Below, piece after piece: positions 16,731-20,000 of a stretch of DNA of 20,000 nt (positions are counted from its first letter, which is position 1; each line of letters opens with the position of its first letter). Under the pieces are notes generated by a model that did not search any database, was not told the DNA's origin, and worked only from the letters and a program-made list of their open reading frames with translations. A program made the translations under genes and the position numbers. Source of the stretch: an uncultured virus (IMG/VR IMGVR_UViG_3300025138_000031) (taxonomy: Duplodnaviria > Heunggongvirae > Uroviricota > Caudoviricetes); the IMG/VR virus record IMGVR_UViG_3300025138_000031; one strand, given 5' to 3'.

Positions 16731-16814
16731 ATGAATAATAGAACTCAATGTATATGTGGAAACACTCAGAATCCTGATGGACTCTGTGATGGATCACATC
16801 TACTTAATAAATAA
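16731..16814 (+). CDS. Stand-alone CDGSH iron-sulfur micro-protein (27 aa), not in the ORF track
   Basis: MNNRTQCICGNTQNPDGLCDGSHLLNK contains C-x-C-G-x-T...P...C-D-G-S-H (3 Cys, 1 His). It fills the gap between neighbours with 1-nt and 5-nt spacers. Confidence 0.85.
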   Translation: MNNRTQCICGNTQNPDGLCDGSHLLNK

Positions 16815-16819
16815 TAATC

Positions 16820-17041
16820 ATGGCAAAAAAAATATCATTCCCAATGGGAGACGGTAAAGTAGAGAATGGGTACTATAACCCTACTTCTGTATATCAGAAG
16901 ACTTTACAAAAAAGAAATGCAAAAGCAGTAGCTAAAAGACAAAGACTTGCAAAAGCAGGAATCAAATGTGATATGGATTCTACTAGAGCAGCTGAGCCTG
17001 TTCAATCTAAAGCTTTTAGAAACGGATATAGAAATAGTTAA
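16820..17041 (+). CDS. Small basic hypothetical protein (73 aa)
   Basis: ATG start with A-rich leader; tight packing within the operon. Confidence 0.75.
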   Translation: MAKKISFPMGDGKVENGYYNPTSVYQKTLQKRNAKAVAKRQRLAKAGIKCDMDSTRAAEPVQSKAFRNGYRNS

Positions 17042-17051
17042 AAAATAAAAC

Positions 17052-17396
17052 ATGGCAATATTAACAGCACAACAAATAAGTCAAGCTGGTTTGGAACCTA
17101 CAACGGTTACTCCGGCTGCAGGTGGTGATACACTTGCAAATACAGCAGTTCAATTTTTTCATGTGGCTAATGGTGGAGGAGTAGCTATGACAGCTACAGT
17201 TGTACCAGTAGTGACAACAGTTGTAGATCCTTTATTGGGTACACTGAAAAAAGAAAATGCAGTACTCAGCTTAGCGGCTGGTGAAGAAGGTTTTTTAGGA
17301 CCTTTTGAAGTTGATGCATTTAATGATGTCAATGGTAATATAACAATAACATGTTCAGCAACAGCTAGTGTGAAACTATCTGCACTGTACTTATAA
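17052..17396 (+). CDS. Small all-beta virion structural/decoration-like protein (114 aa)
   Basis: Ala/Thr/Val/Gly-rich beta-strand pattern (AAGGD..., FFHVANGG, AAGEEGFLGPF...F, ITITCS) resembling small phage structural proteins. Confidence 0.55.
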   Translation: MAILTAQQISQAGLEPTTVTPAAGGDTLANTAVQFFHVANGGGVAMTATVVPVVTTVVDPLLGTLKKENAVLSLAAGEEGFLGPFEVDAFNDVNGNITITCSATASVKLSALYL

Positions 17397-17406
17397 ATAA
17401 AAAACA

Positions 17407-20000
17407 ATGGGATCATTATTACAAGATGTAATTGGATTATTTTCCAAAAAGAAATATGCACCAAAACCATATGATGTAAACAAAGAAGGTAAGGAAGACT
17501 ACCTAGTACTATCTACAAAACAAGATAGTTCTTTAAACGTTATGGCATATTTACCTAAGTTAGATCAAGAGTTAATCTCTATATTTGACTTAGCCACAGC
17601 AATCAATGGTGCAGGAAATACTACTTATGATTTTGCTAATGCTGACCTAGGTGGAAAAACAAACCTAAATCTTACTGGTTCAGATGGTACTGTAGATACA
17701 GTAAGTCTTGTAGGAGGAACAGGTGTTACTATTGCAAGCACAGGATCTGATGTTGAGTTTAGTGTTACAGCAGGAACTTATGTAGAATGTACAGGAACCA
17801 ACACTGCTAACGCAATACCTATGTGGAACGGGGGTACTTGTTCTCTTGATGATAGTAATATTACTTATGATGGCAACAACATGTACATTTTGGAGTCTGG
17901 TAAAAAATTCCAAGTAGGTTGGTTAAATATGTCAACTTCAGGAGTTATAGATACATCTAATGGTACAGGAGCAGTTGGTCAAGTTCTTACAGTAGCTGCT
18001 AGTGGTCAATTAGAATGGACTACAAACGGTACTGGTTCTATGAGCTCATGGAATGTAGGTGGTGAAGGTGGTTTTTCAGTAACAGATGGAGAAAGTGTTT
18101 TATTTATAGGAGGAGCAAAGCTTACTTCTATAGCTAACAATGGAAATGAATCAGTTACATTTAGTCATAATAATACAACTAGAGTTGACACAAACTCAGC
18201 AGTATCACCTGCTGCAGGTGGTACATTTACAGTAGTAGATTCTATTACACAAGATGCTACAGGTCATCCCACGGCAGTTAATGTTAAGACAGTAACTTTA
18301 CCAAACCCATCTGATGATAATACAACATATGATCTTACAGGTGCAGCAAACGGTTCTAGCTATGAAGTAAAATTAACAGGATCAGATGCAACAGTAGATA
18401 CAATATCATTTAATCCAGGAGGAGGTGTAACTCTAACTGATGAAGGAGGTAATAATGTTAAAATTAATGTTCCAGAAGGAACGGTTACTAGTGTATCAGG
18501 AGGTTTAGGAACAACTGTAACAGGAACTGGAAGTGTAGCTCCAGTAGTGAATATAGATTACGCAGGAAATGATAATGCAATAATTATTGCACCAACAACA
18601 ACCCCAGTAGCAGATGATTATATATGGTTTAGTGATACTAGTGATAATGGTGATATTAAAAAAGGATTAATATCAAACCTTCCAGGAGGAAGTGGTGGAG
18701 TAACTCAAATTGTAGCAGGTACTAATGTAAGTATAAGCCCATCAGGTGGTACGGGTGTTGTTACTATAAACTCAACTGATAACTTTAGTGGTACAGTTAC
18801 TTCTGTAACAGGAGGAACAAGTACTTTTATAACTAATACTGTAGTGAACCCTTCAACTGTTCCAGTACTAACATCTACGTTAAGTGCAACCGGGACAGCA
18901 AACGCAACTTCTTTTTTAAGAGGAGACAATGTTTGGGCAACTATTCCAGGTGGTGATACAACATACAACTTAGGTGTCCCAGCAGCTACTACACAAATTA
19001 ATTTAAATGGGAGTGACGGAACAAATACTCCTGTAACTATAACAGGTGGAACTAATGTAACAGTTACCAGAACTTCTGGTACTGAGCTTACAATAGATTC
19101 TACTGATCAATATAGTGGTACAGTTACAACTGTTTCTTCTACCACGGCAGGTGATGCATTAGACGTTGCAGTAACAAATCCTACAACAACTCCTGATTTA
19201 GCATTTACTTTTGCAGGTGCTGCAGGAGATTATATTAATGGTCTAGGTAATTTAGTTACTTTTCCATCAATACCTTCAGTTCCAGCAGACATAGTTAATA
19301 CAGTAACCACAACAGATGGTAACTTTATTGACCTTACACCAGATGCAGCAGTAACTGGATCAGTAACAGTAACAGCTGATCTTTCAGCAACAGGTACTGC
19401 AGATGCTACTACATATTTAAGGGGTGATAATACTTGGGCTGCTATTCCTGCAGGGGGTTCAGTAACAAGTGTTGGTGCTACAACAACAGGTGATGCTTTA
19501 AATGTAGCTAACTCACCTATAACAAACAATGGTACACTAGCTTTCTCATGGACAGGTGATGCTACACAATATATAAATGGAGCGGGTGATAAAGTTTTAT
19601 TAAGTACATTACCTCAAGGTGCAGTAACAAGTTTGACAACAACTGGAACAAGTGGAGCATCAACGTTGAATTCAGGAGTTTTAAATATACCTAATTACGC
19701 TAATACACAAAATTCTTTAACTACAACAGGAACTGGTGCTGCAACACTTGTTGGTACTGTTCTAAACATACCTACTCCAGTTATACCATTTACAAGTTTA
19801 ACTACTACGGGTAGTTCAGGTGCAGCTACATTAAATAGTGGAGTTCTTAATATACCTCAGTACGGTGGAGGAAGCACATATGGAGCAGGCCCAGGTTTAA
19901 TACTTAATACTACACCAACCCCTGATCAATTTGAATTAGATTATGTTGGCACAGATAACTACATATACCGTCAGCCTACAAAAGCAATTACTTCAGCTGA
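17407..20000 (+). CDS. Long repetitive tail-fibre-like protein (>864 aa), 3'-truncated, not in the ORF track
   Basis: Frame 1 is open from ATG 17407 (MGSLLQDVIGLFSKKKYAPK) to the window end; the terminal TGA is out of frame. Thr/Gly/Ser/Val-rich, with recurrent GTVTSV, (F/Y)LRGDNxW, TTY(D/N)...L(T/N)GSD and SLTTTG...VLNIP modules. Confidence 0.85.
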   Translation, partial: MGSLLQDVIGLFSKKKYAPKPYDVNKEGKEDYLVLSTKQDSSLNVMAYLPKLDQELISIFDLATAINGAGNTTYDFANADLGGKTNLNLTGSDGTVDTVSLVGGTGVTIASTGSDVEFSVTAGTYVECTGTNTANAIPMWNGGTCSLDDSNITYDGNNMYILESGKKFQVGWLNMSTSGVIDTSNGTGAVGQVLTVAASGQLEWTTNGTGSMSSWNVGGEGGFSVTDGESVLFIGGAKLTSIANNGNESVTFSHNNTTRVDTNSAVSPAAGGTFTVVDSITQDATGHPTAVNVKTVTLPNPSDDNTTYDLTGAANGSSYEVKLTGSDATVDTISFNPGGGVTLTDEGGNNVKINVPEGTVTSVSGGLGTTVTGTGSVAPVVNIDYAGNDNAIIIAPTTTPVADDYIWFSDTSDNGDIKKGLISNLPGGSGGVTQIVAGTNVSISPSGGTGVVTINSTDNFSGTVTSVTGGTSTFITNTVVNPSTVPVLTSTLSATGTANATSFLRGDNVWATIPGGDTTYNLGVPAATTQINLNGSDGTNTPVTITGGTNVTVTRTSGTELTIDSTDQYSGTVTTVSSTTAGDALDVAVTNPTTTPDLAFTFAGAAGDYINGLGNLVTFPSIPSVPADIVNTVTTTDGNFIDLTPDAAVTGSVTVTADLSATGTADATTYLRGDNTWAAIPAGGSVTSVGATTTGDALNVANSPITNNGTLAFSWTGDATQYINGAGDKVLLSTLPQGAVTSLTTTGTSGASTLNSGVLNIPNYANTQNSLTTTGTGAATLVGTVLNIPTPVIPFTSLTTTGSSGAATLNSGVLNIPQYGGGSTYGAGPGLILNTTPTPDQFELDYVGTDNYIYRQPTKAITSA
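18880..19458 (+). repeat. Dispersed coding repeat LSATGTAxATx(F/Y)LRGDNxWAxIP, two copies
   Basis: LSATGTANATSFLRGDNVWATIPGG at 18880-18954 and LSATGTADATTYLRGDNTWAAIPAGG at 19381-19458. Confidence 0.85.
19630..19863 (+). repeat. Three tandem ~20-24-aa coding repeats SLTTTG(x)GAxTLxxxVLNIP
   Basis: Copies start at 19630, 19714 and 19795; a fourth copy lies in a different gene at 14951-15022. Confidence 0.85.

Noticed and set aside
10231..19529. Track ORFs 10231-10440(-), 11522-11755(+), 14186-14416(-), 14767-15015(-), 16498-16797(-), 17159-17470(-), 17680-17913(-), 18705-18968(-) and 19230-19529(-)
   Set aside because: Antisense shadows of better-supported genes, including the untracked 17407->20000 fibre ORF.
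14951..19863. Repeat pairs as a diversity-generating retroelement template/variable region or a CRISPR-like array
   Set aside because: Copies differ mainly at synonymous positions rather than specifically at adenines, all are in-frame coding modules, and there is no reverse transcriptase, cas gene or regular repeat-spacer periodicity.
1..20000. Stop-codon reassignment (TAG or TGA), known in some crAss-like phages
   Set aside because: Genes up to 5.8 kb are intact in the standard code. TAG ends nrdA directly after its canonical C-terminal CxxC, and TGA stops occur in ATGA overlaps.
19998..20000. Terminal TGA as the stop codon of the fibre gene
   Set aside because: It is out of frame: frame 1 reads ...TCA GCT GA, so the gene continues beyond the window.

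Overview
AT-rich, densely coding 20-kb segment of a lytic dsDNA phage. It most likely infects a Bacteroidota/Flavobacteriia host and has crAss-like (Crassvirales-type) architecture; host and taxonomy are inferred from gene content, Q(+1) signal peptides, A-rich non-Shine-Dalgarno starts and a TAnnTTTG promoter box. From left to right: (1) the 3' part of a giant ORF that looks like a virion-packaged RNA polymerase, then a 1945-aa giant protein with zincin-like and PD-(D/E)xK-like domains; (2) a three-gene envelope module (outer-membrane beta-barrel, bitopic coiled-coil protein, exported thioredoxin-fold protein lacking CxxC); (3) an inverted nrdB-nrdA cassette with the signatures of class Id (Mn-dependent) ribonucleotide reductase and a terminator-like hairpin in its leader; (4) a run of small, often overlapping genes, four of them missed by the ORF track, including a 27-aa stand-alone CDGSH iron-sulfur peptide; (5) a holin-like gene, small basic proteins with repeated xxGG motifs, and two modular fibre-like proteins, the second running off the right end. 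No rRNA, tRNA, CRISPR array or mobile element was recognised. All family assignments come from motif recognition by eye, with no database search.
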